Source: Pseudomonadota bacterium
Lineage (GTDB): Bacteria; Pseudomonadota; Gammaproteobacteria; Steroidobacterales; Steroidobacteraceae
Direction of reading: 5' to 3'
NCBI GenBank assembly: GCA_018240525.1
Contig: JAFEFN010000014.1
Coordinates: forward strand, 108,487-172,486
Length of the DNA stretch: 64,000 bases
Of this stretch, positions 1-8,723 are shown piece after piece; positions within the stretch are counted from its first letter, which is position 1, and every line of letters begins with the position of its first letter. The position numbers and the translations under genes are program-made. Under the pieces are notes generated by a model that was not told the origin of the DNA, did no database searches, and was given only the letters and a program-made list of their open reading frames with translations.

Positions 1-1442
1 GCCAGGTCCAGCGCTGGCAGCGGACGCGGCTTGATGATGCGGGTGATCGCGCTGTTCAGGACCGCCACGACCGCCTCGCTGGCCGGGAAGAGCAGGAATG
101 CCAGCGCGAGGACAAGCTGCCAACGCGGCCAGGCAGGAAGCAGGGGCATGGCGCACGCCAGGACCGCGGCACAGCCAAGGCCCAGTATGCTCACGTAGCC
201 TGCGATGCCTGCCTGCCGCAGGATGCCGGACGCGCTTTGCCGTACCGGCCGGCGGTAGTCGATGGAGACTTCGAGGCCCCGACGTCCCGGCCCGATGAGG
301 TAGTAGCCGGGGTCACGGCCCGCCGCGCTGCGCGACTTGTTCTGGCGCGCCGCATCCAGGGCGAGCTGGGCGATCTGCGTCTCGCGCCTGCCCGAGTCCC
401 GCGCGAGCTCCTCGATGGCGCTGCGATAGCTGTTGCGGGTTGCGAAATCCAGCGCATAGAAGTCGCACTCGAGGCCCAAGAGCGCATCGACCGCGCTCAG
501 CTGCTCGACGATGTCGGACCAATCCAGCGCCGTCAGTTGCACGAGACTCGTGACGATGTTGCGCACCGTCACGTTGGCTGCACCCTGTCGCTGCAGCTCC
601 TCGCGCACGACCGACTCGGCGGTCAGACCTTGCGCGCGCAGCAGCTCCTCGACCCGCTGGAGTGCGGGTGTGACCTGCGGGTCGCAGTCCCGCAGTCGCT
701 GCACCAGCTGCACCGCGAGCGTGTGCGGCAAGGGCTTGGTGTCATACACCGCCAGCACCCGTTCGGCAGGCTCGGGGGCGCGGGTCGGGGCACCCAGCAG
801 GCGGTCGGCCAGTCGATCCGCCTCATCGCGCTGGGCACGCCCGCTGACGATTCGATCGGCGCAACGGCGCAGATTCTCGATCAGCACCACGCGCAGCATG
901 CTGGCGATGGCCCACAGTTCCCCTATCGTCAGGGTTTCCACCTGCTGGTAGGCAGTCACGAACCTCACCAGCACGGGGACATCCAGATGGCTGTCGGTGT
1001 GGGCGACGTAGGCCCAGGCGATCCCGGCGATGCGTGGCAGGCCCGCCAGCTCTCCGCTGGCGAGCTTCGGCAGCTGCCGGTAGTAGCCGGAAGGCAGATC
1101 GTCCCGGATCAGCTGCAGCTGCCGCTCGACGACGTAATAGTTGTCTACGAACCACTCTGCGGCCGGGGTGACGCTCCGGCGACTCGAGGTGGCGTGCGCG
1201 ATGCTGTCGTAGTGCTCGCGCAGCATGCGCGCGTTTCGCCGCGAGCGGCGCAGCAACGCGCGACCCAGCGAAGGCGATGGCATCAGCGGTTGCGAATGCG
1301 CCAGGGATGCCGCGAACTGCTCCAGCCTTTCTACGCTGAGCAGTTCCGCGCGAATGGGCCCATGTTCGGTGCGAGAGCGCGAACGATCGAAGTCAAACCA
1401 GCGTCCGACCCGCCTTTCCTGCAGCTGGCTTATGGGCAGCAC
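1..1442 (-). CDS. cyclic beta-1,2-glucan synthase (Cgs/NdvB/ChvB-like), N-terminal part; gene continues beyond window start
   Basis: Absent from the ORF track because it runs off the left edge. The reverse complement of the frame occupied by shadow ORF 237..1457 reads without stops: ..GPIRAELLSVERLEQ..AEWFVDNYYVVERQLQLIRDDLPSGYYRQLPKL..ELWAIASMLRVVLIENLRR.. then TM-like MPLLPAWPRWQLVLALAFLLF. This is typical of the N-terminus of cyclic glucan synthases. The first canonical start after the in-frame stop at 1572-1574 is GTG at 1442, so the start is uncertain. Confidence 0.6.
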   Translation of the reverse strand, partial: MLPISQLQERRVGRWFDFDRSRSRTEHGPIRAELLSVERLEQFAASLAHSQPLMPSPSLGRALLRRSRRNARMLREHYDSIAHATSSRRSVTPAAEWFVDNYYVVERQLQLIRDDLPSGYYRQLPKLASGELAGLPRIAGIAWAYVAHTDSHLDVPVLVRFVTAYQQVETLTIGELWAIASMLRVVLIENLRRCADRIVSGRAQRDEADRLADRLLGAPTRAPEPAERVLAVYDTKPLPHTLAVQLVQRLRDCDPQVTPALQRVEELLRAQGLTAESVVREELQRQGAANVTVRNIVTSLVQLTALDWSDIVEQLSAVDALLGLECDFYALDFATRNSYRSAIEELARDSGRRETQIAQLALDAARQNKSRSAAGRDPGYYLIGPGRRGLEVSIDYRRPVRQSASGILRQAGIAGYVSILGLGCAAVLACAMPLLPAWPRWQLVLALAFLLFPASEAVVAVLNSAITRIIKPRPLPALDL

Positions 1443-1721
1443 GCGGGCCGCCCCTAACTGGCGGCGCCGGTCGTCGGCTGCGACTCTCCACCCAGCGGGT
1501 GCGGCTGGAGCGTGGCACGCGAGAACATCCCGCGGGGGCTTTTGCTTGCATGCTGCATTCTTCGGTCGAGTTTAGGGCTGCGTCAGCAGCTCTCGTGTAG
1601 GACTCGGCCGTCGGCTGCTGACGGCCAACTTCGACACGTCGGTCCGCGCTGCGCTCCCGTCGACGATCCGAAGTATCCTGCCGCTGATCTGCATCAGGAC
1701 GGAGGAGCAGGCTTGAGGGCT

Positions 1722-3053
1722 ATGGAGGCCGCGGGTGTGCCCAGGGACTCGCGCCGTGCACCGGCGCAGGTGTCCCTGCGGAGCGAAGCACGTCTGATCG
1801 AGCGCCTGCAGCGCGGTGCCTTCGAGTACGTCACGCGCTACACCAATGCCCGCAATGGGCTTGTGGCCGACACCTCGCGCGCAGGTTCCCCGTGCAGCAT
1901 TGCGGTCGTCGGCTTTGCGCTGTGCAGCCGCCTGATCGCCGTCGAGCGGGGCTGGAGTTCCCGCCGCGCCGCCGCCGCCCTCGTGCTGCGGACACTGCAG
2001 TTCTTCTGGGAGAGTGCGCAGGGCGCGGGAACCCACGCGACGGGCTACAAGGGCTTCTACTACCACTTCCTGGACATGGAATCGGGCCGGCGCGTATGGG
2101 ACTGCGAATTATCGCTGATCGACAGCGCTCTTCTGGTGGCCGGCTTCCTGTGCGTCAGGGAGTACTTCGATGGCATGGGCAAGGATGAGGCCTCGATCCG
2201 CAAGCTGGCGGACGCGCTCTATCGGCGCGTGGACTGGTGCTGGGCTCAGAATGGCGCCCCTGCCCTCACCCAGGGCTGGCACCCCGACTCAGGCTTCCTC
2301 CACTACGGCTGGGAGGGCTACAACGAGGCGCTGCTCATCTACATCCTCGGGCTGGGGTCCCCGACCTCGCCGCTGCCGAGGGACAGCTTCATCCACTGGA
2401 CGCTGACCTACCAGTGGGAGCGCATGCTCGGGCAGGACGTGCTGTATTCCGGGCCCCTGTTCACACACCTGTTTCCCCACGCCTGGATAGACCTGCGCGG
2501 CATCCGCGATGCGTTCATGCGCGAGAAGCGAAGTGATTACTTCATCAACACCTGCCGGACCGTCGCTGTGCAGCGGGAATACTGCGAGCGCAATCCTCGC
2601 GAAGCCTTGGGTTACTCCCGGGACGTGTGGGGAATCAGCGCCGGGGACGGCCCGGTAGCGCACGGCTCCGCCGAGTTTGCCAAGGACCATCGCCACTTCG
2701 GGTACATGGCGCGTGGGGTTCCCTTCGGCCCTGATGATGGCACCCTGTGCCCCTGGGCAATGCTCGCCACGCTTCCGTTCACCCCGGAGGCCGCGCTCAT
2801 CGGGACCCGCACCCTCCTCGCACGCTACCCGCAGGTGTGCCCGCAGAACCGCTTCGTCAGCGGCTTCAACCCCACCGTGAACGCCGACAGCGGCGGCTGG
2901 CTCTCCGCAGGCTGGTACGGCCTCGACCAGGGCCTGCTGGTCATGATGATCGAGAACGCCCGCAGCAGGCTTGTATGGTCGCTGATGCGGAGGGCACCCG
3001 AGGTGCGCCGGGGTCTGCGCCGCGCCGGCTTCCGGGGCGGCTGGCTATCCTGA
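1722..3053 (+). CDS. glucoamylase-family / GH144-like protein (putative endo-beta-1,2-glucanase)
   Basis: In ORF 1512..3053. Motifs GFYYHFLDMESGRRVW..ELSLIDSALLVAGFL and WGISAGDGP are typical of the putative glucoamylase / DUF3131 (GH144) family. I chose the internal ATG at 1722 (MEAAG..) because the first 70 codons look non-protein-like. The longest ORF starts at 1512. Confidence 0.6.
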   Translation: MEAAGVPRDSRRAPAQVSLRSEARLIERLQRGAFEYVTRYTNARNGLVADTSRAGSPCSIAVVGFALCSRLIAVERGWSSRRAAAALVLRTLQFFWESAQGAGTHATGYKGFYYHFLDMESGRRVWDCELSLIDSALLVAGFLCVREYFDGMGKDEASIRKLADALYRRVDWCWAQNGAPALTQGWHPDSGFLHYGWEGYNEALLIYILGLGSPTSPLPRDSFIHWTLTYQWERMLGQDVLYSGPLFTHLFPHAWIDLRGIRDAFMREKRSDYFINTCRTVAVQREYCERNPREALGYSRDVWGISAGDGPVAHGSAEFAKDHRHFGYMARGVPFGPDDGTLCPWAMLATLPFTPEAALIGTRTLLARYPQVCPQNRFVSGFNPTVNADSGGWLSAGWYGLDQGLLVMMIENARSRLVWSLMRRAPEVRRGLRRAGFRGGWLS

Positions 3054-4477
3054 TGGCACGCTCGCAGCGCACAGCGGCCACCCGCCGGAAGAAGACGTAC
3101 GACCTGGTCATCATCGGCGCGGGACCCGGCGGCCTGGCTGCTGCCGAGTTCGCCGCTCGCCTCGGGGCGCGCGTGGCGCTGCTCGAGCGTGAGCGGCTTG
3201 GCGGGGTTTCGCTGAACACCGGCTCGGTCCCCTCCAAGTCCCTGATCCGCTCTGCCACATTGTTCGCGGCGATGCGGGAGGCAGCGCGCTTGCAGCAGCC
3301 GGCTCAGGCCGAGCCGGTTGCGGACCTGCAACGCGTCATCGCCCGCCTGCGACGCATGCAGCGGCGCATTGGCGGGTACCATTCCGAGGCCAGGCTGAAG
3401 CGCGCGGGCATCGAACTGCACTACGGCGCCGCGCGCTTCGTCGACGAGCGGCTCATCGCGACGAACATGGGCCGCTTTCCGTTCCACCACGCGCTGGTTG
3501 CTACGGGCGCCGGGCCGACCCGGCCGCAGATTCCCGGCCTCATCGAGGGCTCCTATCTCACCAGCGACACCATATTCGGGCTCGAGAAGCTGCCGGAGCA
3601 TCTCGCGGTGGTCGGCGGAGGCGCATTGGGATGCGAACTGGCCCAGTCGTTCTGCCGCCTGGGCTCGCGCGTGACCATCATCCAGGACGAGGCTGGCTTT
3701 CTTCCGGGTGAGGAGCGCGATGCCGCGCAGGTACTTGCGCAGTCGATGGCCCGCGACGGGGTCACGATTCGCCTGAACACGTCGGTCACCGGCGCCCGGG
3801 TCGGAAAAGCGGAAGTCGTCCTGCGGACCCAGAACTACGGACGCACGGCCGAGGTGCAGGCCGACCGCGTGCTGGTGAGCATTGGCCGCACCCCGTGCAC
3901 GGACGGGCTGTCGCTGGAGTCGGCCGGAGTGCGCGCGGATACCGCCACCGGAATCGCCGTGGACGAGTTCCTGCGCACCAGCAACCCGCGCGTGTACGCC
4001 GCCGGCGATGTCTGCCTGAGGCACCGGTATGCGAACGTCGCGGAGAGAACCGCCCGGATTGCCGTGCACAACTGCCTGGCAAAAGGCAGGCCCATGCGCC
4101 ACACGGCCCTCACGATCCCCTGGTGCACGTTCTGCGCCCCCGAAATCGCGCATGTCGGCCTGCAGGTCTGGCAGGCCCGCAATGAGGGCATCCCCATTCG
4201 TACGTTTACGGTGATGATGCAGGATATCGACCGGGCCATTCTGGATCGCCAGGATGTCGGGTTCGTGAAGCTGCACTCCACCGGGCGCAACGACAAGATC
4301 GTCGGCGCTACCATCGTTGCCTCCCGCGCCAGCGAGATGATCAACGAGGTCTGCGTTGCCATGAGCACGGGTATCGGTCTGCGTGAGCTGGCCGACGTGC
4401 TGCACATCTACCCGTCCCAGTCCGACGCAATCCGCATCGCGGCGATGGACTTGGACGAGCCGCTGGCGCCTGGCTAG
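3053..4477 (+). CDS. FAD/NAD(P)-binding pyridine nucleotide-disulfide oxidoreductase family protein lacking the redox-active Cys pair
   Basis: In-frame ATG inside ORF 2747..4477, overlapping the upstream stop (TGATG at 3051-3055). Has a Rossmann motif DLVIIGAGPGGLAAAEFAARLG, a second GGGALGCELA motif and a dimerisation-domain tail. The active-site region reads GGVSLNTGSVPSKS instead of GGTCxNxGCxPSK. Confidence 0.8.
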   Translation: MARSQRTAATRRKKTYDLVIIGAGPGGLAAAEFAARLGARVALLERERLGGVSLNTGSVPSKSLIRSATLFAAMREAARLQQPAQAEPVADLQRVIARLRRMQRRIGGYHSEARLKRAGIELHYGAARFVDERLIATNMGRFPFHHALVATGAGPTRPQIPGLIEGSYLTSDTIFGLEKLPEHLAVVGGGALGCELAQSFCRLGSRVTIIQDEAGFLPGEERDAAQVLAQSMARDGVTIRLNTSVTGARVGKAEVVLRTQNYGRTAEVQADRVLVSIGRTPCTDGLSLESAGVRADTATGIAVDEFLRTSNPRVYAAGDVCLRHRYANVAERTARIAVHNCLAKGRPMRHTALTIPWCTFCAPEIAHVGLQVWQARNEGIPIRTFTVMMQDIDRAILDRQDVGFVKLHSTGRNDKIVGATIVASRASEMINEVCVAMSTGIGLRELADVLHIYPSQSDAIRIAAMDLDEPLAPG

Positions 4478-4729
4478 CCGAGCCGCGCGGCGTGTACCTC
4501 AGAGCTCCGGCGAACCGCTCGCGTTGGCAGGACAGCCGGAAGCTCAGCAAAGGCACCGGAACGGTGCTGGCCCAATATCAATGACTTAGCAGGGGCGCCG
4601 TGTAGTCCTTTGTAGGATCGCCCCTACAGATGGTCAGGCCGATGGCGTACGCTCCGGCCATAGCGGAGCCGGTACTGTTTGTGCGTGAACACGCACATCA
4701 CGAGCCAGCGCAGCTGCATAGGAGGCCGA

Positions 4730-5362
4730 ATGCCCAGTGTTCTGATTGCCGACGACCACGCCATGATCCGAACCGGTCTGCGCCATTACCTGGAGCAGGA
4801 CCGGTCCGTTGACACGATCGGCGAGACGGGCACCGGTGCCGAGACGCTGCAGAAACTGCGCGAAGGCCACTGGGACCTGGTGATACTCGATATCAACATG
4901 CCCGACCGCAGCGGGATCGACATCCTGCGGCACATACGCTCGGGTCACCCGGACACCAAGGTGCTCGTCATCAGCGGGTTTGCCGAAAAGCAGTACGCCA
5001 TCAACGTGCTGCGCGCCGGGGCCTCCGGCTACCTCGCCAAGGACCAGGCGCCCGAGGAGTTCATGCGCGCGGTGCACACCGTGCTGGCCGGCCGCCGCTT
5101 CGTCAGCGCCACCCTGAGTGAGATGCTCGTGAGCGCACTCGACGAGCCCAGTGACCAGCCGCTGCATGCGGCGCTCTCCCAGCGCGAATTCCAGATCCTG
5201 TGCAAGCTGGCGGTGGGTCGCTCGGTATCCGAGATCGCTCAGGAACTGTTCATCAGCGTGAAGACCGTCAGCACGTACCGGGCGCGCGTCCTGGAGAAGA
5301 TGCACCTGGACACCAACGCCGACTTGACCACCTATGCGCTGCGCAACGGCCTGGTGCAGTAG
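4730..5362 (+). CDS. two-component response regulator, NarL/FixJ (LuxR-type HTH) family
   Basis: ATG preceded by AGGAGG within ORF 4679..5362. Receiver domain (VLIADDHAMIR..DLVILDINMPD..) followed by a LuxR HTH (LSQREFQILCKLAVGRSVSEIAQELFISVKTVSTYRARVLEKM). Confidence 0.85.
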   Translation: MPSVLIADDHAMIRTGLRHYLEQDRSVDTIGETGTGAETLQKLREGHWDLVILDINMPDRSGIDILRHIRSGHPDTKVLVISGFAEKQYAINVLRAGASGYLAKDQAPEEFMRAVHTVLAGRRFVSATLSEMLVSALDEPSDQPLHAALSQREFQILCKLAVGRSVSEIAQELFISVKTVSTYRARVLEKMHLDTNADLTTYALRNGLVQ

Positions 5363-5474
5363 TCATAACGTAGCCCGTCGGTGATTTCCGACGATCGCAA
5401 TTTCCCCAGGCCGGCACGGGCTGACGCGGCGAGCGGCTACCCTTCAGCCACGTGTTTGCCACGAGTCTGCCCAG

Positions 5475-5927
5475 ATGCTGAACCAGTGGACATCCATCTC
5501 CTCCACAGGTCGCGTGCCCGTGCCGGATAGCGACTCTCTGCGCGTCCTGCTCGTGGAGGACTCGTCATTGCTCGCCGCGCGCCTGGGCGAGCTGATCCGG
5601 CGCCTGCCGGACGTGGACCTTGTCGATACCGTCGAGACCGAGGCGGCCGCGGTGGAGCGCATCAGCGAAGTCGTGCCCGACGTGCTGATCCTGGACCTAC
5701 ACCTTCGCGTCGGCTCCGGGTTCGGGGTGCTGCGCTCGCTCGCCAAGGATGGACGCGCTCGCCGGCCGAAGATCGTGATCCTCACGAACTACGGTCTGCC
5801 TGAGTACCGTCGTGAGGCGGAAACATTCGGCGTCGAGGCATTTCTCGACAAGTCGCGGGACTACTTTCGCTTGCCGGGACTGCTGCGGGACTTCGCCCGG
5901 GAACGCGGCGGGCCCGGCACTCACTAG
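5475..5927 (+). CDS. single-domain (CheY-like) response regulator
   Basis: ORF 5475..5927. Receiver motifs VLLVEDSSLL..DVLILDLHL..IVILTN with no output domain. Start not well supported by an SD. Confidence 0.65.
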   Translation: MLNQWTSISSTGRVPVPDSDSLRVLLVEDSSLLAARLGELIRRLPDVDLVDTVETEAAAVERISEVVPDVLILDLHLRVGSGFGVLRSLAKDGRARRPKIVILTNYGLPEYRREAETFGVEAFLDKSRDYFRLPGLLRDFARERGGPGTH

Positions 5928-5937
5928 GTGACCCGGC

Positions 5938-7299
5938 TCAGGCCGCCTGCGCCACCGTGATACGCGCGATGGGCAGGCGCACCTCGACCATCGTGCCGCG
6001 CTCCCCGCGGTCGATGCGCCACTCCCCGCCGAGGGCGTTGGCGCGGTGCCGCATGGCTGCCAGTCCGTGCGACCGCAGCGCGCGTCGCGAGTCCGCCGGC
6101 AGGCCCTTGCCATCGTCGCGCACCCGGATCACCAGCCAGTCGGCGATGGTTTCGATCGAGACCTCGACATTGCGTGCCTCTGCGTGCTTGAGGATGTTCG
6201 TCAGCGCTTCCTGCACGATGCGGAAGATGGCGATCGAGGCCTCCGGGGTCAGGCGCAGATCCTCCTTCGGATACCGCTCCGTGCATTGCAGCCCCGCGCG
6301 GCCGCAGGAGTCGGCGACCTGCCAGCGCAGCGCCGGCAGCAACCCCAGGTTGTCGAGCAGTGTCGGCCGCAGGTTTTCCACCACGCGCCGCTTGAGGTCG
6401 ACGCCGGCCTGCAGGGCATCCTGCACGCGCTTGAACTGGGCGCGGATGTCAGGGTCGCTCGAGCCGACTTTTTCCTCGAGCCAGGACAGATCCATCCGCG
6501 CGGCCACCAGCAACCCACCCAGTTCATCGTGCAACTCGCGCGAAAGCGCGGCGCGCTCCTTCTCCGCGACGGACTGCAGGTGCGTGGACAGCTCCGAGAG
6601 TTCCTCGGTGCGTGCCTTCACCAGGGACTCCAGTTCGGCCTGGCGCGCGGACAGCTCCTCCGCCTCGCGCTCCTTCGAGGACACGTACCGGAGCACCGCG
6701 CGGCGCAGCAGAAACACCAGCATCACGCATGCGGCGGCGGCCGCGCTCTGGATTCCGTAGCGTAGCCAGCGATTGCTGTGCCAGGACTGGCTCGCTTCCA
6801 GCATGTTGAACGTCTCGGCCGCCTGGACGCGCCCGGCGCGCTGGCTGATCTGCGACATCGTGTGCTGCCCGAAGTCGCTGCGGATCAGCGCCGTCGCGGC
6901 GCCGCGGCCGCGGGTCCGGTAAAGCTCCAGCGTTTCGCGCATTTCCGAGAACTTATCGCGAGTCAGCCTCGTGATCTCGTCCACGTCCGCCTGGACGTCC
7001 GGATCCGACGAGGTAAATTCCGCGCCCAGCCGCTCCAGCGTTGACGGTACCTTCCTGACCGCGTCCTCGTACGGAACCAGATACGACGGATCCCCGAGCA
7101 ATATGTAGCCCCGTTGCCCGCTCTCCGCCTGCGTGAGGAGTTGCATGTCTTCGCCCAAGACGCGGGCGCGGCGCGCCGCCTGCTCGATGCGGCGGCTGGC
7201 TTCCTCCAGTTCTCGCTGCCCGGAAGTCGCCGCAATGAACAGCCCGGCGATCGCAGCCAGCATCAGGCCGATGACGAACACCTGCCGCGCCACGGACAT
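5938..7299 (-). CDS. sensor histidine kinase with CHASE3 sensor domain and HisKA_3/HATPase_c core
   Basis: In ORF 5938..7347. Has an N-terminal TM segment, a CHASE3-like region (..AESGQRGYILLGDPSYLVPYEDA..), an H-box LHDELGGLLVAARMDL and an ATPase domain. The ATG at 7299 (MSVARQ..) is preferred; the longest ORF starts with GTG at 7347. Confidence 0.8.
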   Translation of the reverse strand: MSVARQVFVIGLMLAAIAGLFIAATSGQRELEEASRRIEQAARRARVLGEDMQLLTQAESGQRGYILLGDPSYLVPYEDAVRKVPSTLERLGAEFTSSDPDVQADVDEITRLTRDKFSEMRETLELYRTRGRGAATALIRSDFGQHTMSQISQRAGRVQAAETFNMLEASQSWHSNRWLRYGIQSAAAAACVMLVFLLRRAVLRYVSSKEREAEELSARQAELESLVKARTEELSELSTHLQSVAEKERAALSRELHDELGGLLVAARMDLSWLEEKVGSSDPDIRAQFKRVQDALQAGVDLKRRVVENLRPTLLDNLGLLPALRWQVADSCGRAGLQCTERYPKEDLRLTPEASIAIFRIVQEALTNILKHAEARNVEVSIETIADWLVIRVRDDGKGLPADSRRALRSHGLAAMRHRANALGGEWRIDRGERGTMVEVRLPIARITVAQAA

Positions 7300-7459
7300 C
7301 ACGGGCGAACGCTCCCGCACGCCCGCACCCGGACGCTGCGCACCCACTCGACCCCATGCACTGTACCCGGCAAGCAGGACTCCGCCGCGAGACGCACCGT
7401 CCCATCATAGCGTGGCAGGCTCACCCCCGGTGGCGCCCACCCGGCAATTCCGCGGGCGC

Positions 7460-7594
7460 TCAGCCCAGAGCCCCACCTTCGCCTTCCCAGCGCTCCATGG
7501 CAGCGCGCGCGTGCCGGGAGCGCGCACGGCGGGACCGGCGAACCTGCCACGCGAGCGCCGCGGCGAGCGTCAGGGCGGCACCGATGATGGCCAT
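7460..7594 (-). CDS. 44-aa membrane microprotein with C-terminal ERWEGEGG motif (hypothetical)
   Basis: Inside ORF 7460..7762. ATG with GGAGG 6 nt upstream. Sequence MAIIGAALTLAAALAWQVRRSRRARSRHARAAMERWEGEGGALG has one TM helix, a basic stretch and a WxxEGG tail. High GC3. Confidence 0.35.
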   Translation of the reverse strand: MAIIGAALTLAAALAWQVRRSRRARSRHARAAMERWEGEGGALG

Positions 7595-7644
7595 TTGCAT
7601 CCTCCACCGGCGTTGCCTCCCGAGCACGGTCCGCTCCCGGTCAC

Positions 7645-8046
7645 TCATTGCTTCGGATCCGTGCTGGCCTTCTCCTGCTTGGCGCGGGCCCGGGCGACGT
7701 CGTAGTCGGCGCTCGCCTGATCCTTGCACGCTTTCTGGGTTGCGCCACTCAGGCTCTCGCATCGCGCGAGCGCAACCTTGTAGTCCCCTTCCGCCTGGGC
7801 ATCGGCGACCTTCTGGCGCTCAACCGATTCCACGTGCGCAAGGTCCCGCTGCTCGTCGCGGACGTCACCGCGCGCGCTGGCGATCCGCGCGTCCGCCTTC
7901 TGCTGCACCTTCGCCTCGTTGTCAGCGGCCTTCTGCTCGGCGGTGGCCGTATCACGTGCCACCTCGGATGCATCCTTGGCCTTGTTGCAGGCCACAAGCA
8001 TGCCGCCGGCCATCACCAGCGCGAGAAGCGTGTACCGGGCTTTCAT
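7645..8046 (-). CDS. small lipoprotein (hypothetical)
   Basis: ORF 7645..8046 with a GGAGG SD. Signal peptide with lipobox (LALVMAGGMLVAC) followed by a charged helical region. Confidence 0.6.
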   Translation of the reverse strand: MKARYTLLALVMAGGMLVACNKAKDASEVARDTATAEQKAADNEAKVQQKADARIASARGDVRDEQRDLAHVESVERQKVADAQAEGDYKVALARCESLSGATQKACKDQASADYDVARARAKQEKASTDPKQ

Positions 8047-8073
8047 TGCCGACCTCCATTTCCGGTCAACTTC

Positions 8074-8325
8074 TTACCTGCGACGCCTGCGGGCGGCCCA
8101 TACCGCCATGGCCAGACGCAGCCAGGTGGGCCGCACGAGGGCGGCCGATACCAGCGTGGAAACAATCGCCTTGCCCGAGAGGTGGGAACGGATCCAACGG
8201 ACGGTCCTACTGCGCGGGAACTGCCCGCGCCGCGACCGCGGTGCGTACGCTTCCCGCAGCAGCTCGCGGTTCTGCCGCATCGTCGACAACGCGGCCGCCG
8301 CGCGCCCATCGGAGGCGGCCCTCAC
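8074..8325 (-). CDS. YqjK-like small protein (hypothetical)
   Basis: Inside ORF 8074..8385. The GTG at 8325 overlaps the upstream stop (GTGA). High GC3. The hydrophobic C-terminal region ..VSTLVSAALVRPTWLRLAMAVWAARRRRR and the position after DUF883 and YqjE-like genes match the yqjD-yqjE-yqjK arrangement. Confidence 0.4.
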   Translation of the reverse strand: MRAASDGRAAAALSTMRQNRELLREAYAPRSRRGQFPRSRTVRWIRSHLSGKAIVSTLVSAALVRPTWLRLAMAVWAARRRRR

Positions 8326-8708
8326 CGCGCTTCCGCCTGCTGGCGCGCCAGCAACTCCTCGAGTACCCGCCTGTCCTTGGCCCACTCGTCCGCGGTCCGC
8401 TGAAACACCGCCGGCGCGGTCGCCTCGAGTGCGTTCAGCCGCCAGGCCGCCACCACAGCGACCCCGGCGAAGAGGACCCCGAGCGCGCCGACGACCCAGA
8501 GCCGATATCCGGTGCTCCAGCTCAGCGCGATGGCAGAGACGCTGAGCACCAGCACGAGCGACTGGATCGCCAGCACCGCGAGGGCCCCGAGGGCCACCCG
8601 CCGGCGCACCAGCCGGGAAGAGGCCTCCAGATCGCTCTGGATGAGGTCGGTATAGGCGCCCGCCTGCCTGACGGCAATGGCGGCCGTGGTGGCGATGCGG
8701 TCGATCAT
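8322..8708 (-). CDS. YqjE-like / phage-holin-family (DUF1469-type) membrane protein
   Basis: ORF 8322..8708. Two long hydrophobic helices (VALGALAVLAIQSLVLVLSVSAIAL; LWVVGALGVLFAGVAVVAAW). Starts 15 nt after the DUF883 gene. Confidence 0.6.
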   Translation of the reverse strand: MIDRIATTAAIAVRQAGAYTDLIQSDLEASSRLVRRRVALGALAVLAIQSLVLVLSVSAIALSWSTGYRLWVVGALGVLFAGVAVVAAWRLNALEATAPAVFQRTADEWAKDRRVLEELLARQQAEAR

Positions 8709-8723
8709 GACCGGCGGGGCTGC

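Noticed and set aside
237-1457. 406-aa plus-strand ORF, the only long ORF reported for this interval
   Set aside because: Its amino-acid sequence is Arg/Ala/Leu-rich and non-protein-like, and G/C is concentrated at codon position 1. The exact antisense frame encodes a recognisable cyclic glucan synthase N-terminus with no stops. It is a shadow ORF.
5376-5393. Hairpin CGTCGG-TGATTT-CCGACG after the NarL-type regulator gene as a rho-independent terminator
   Set aside because: The stem is only 6 bp and there is no U-tract. Too weak to call.
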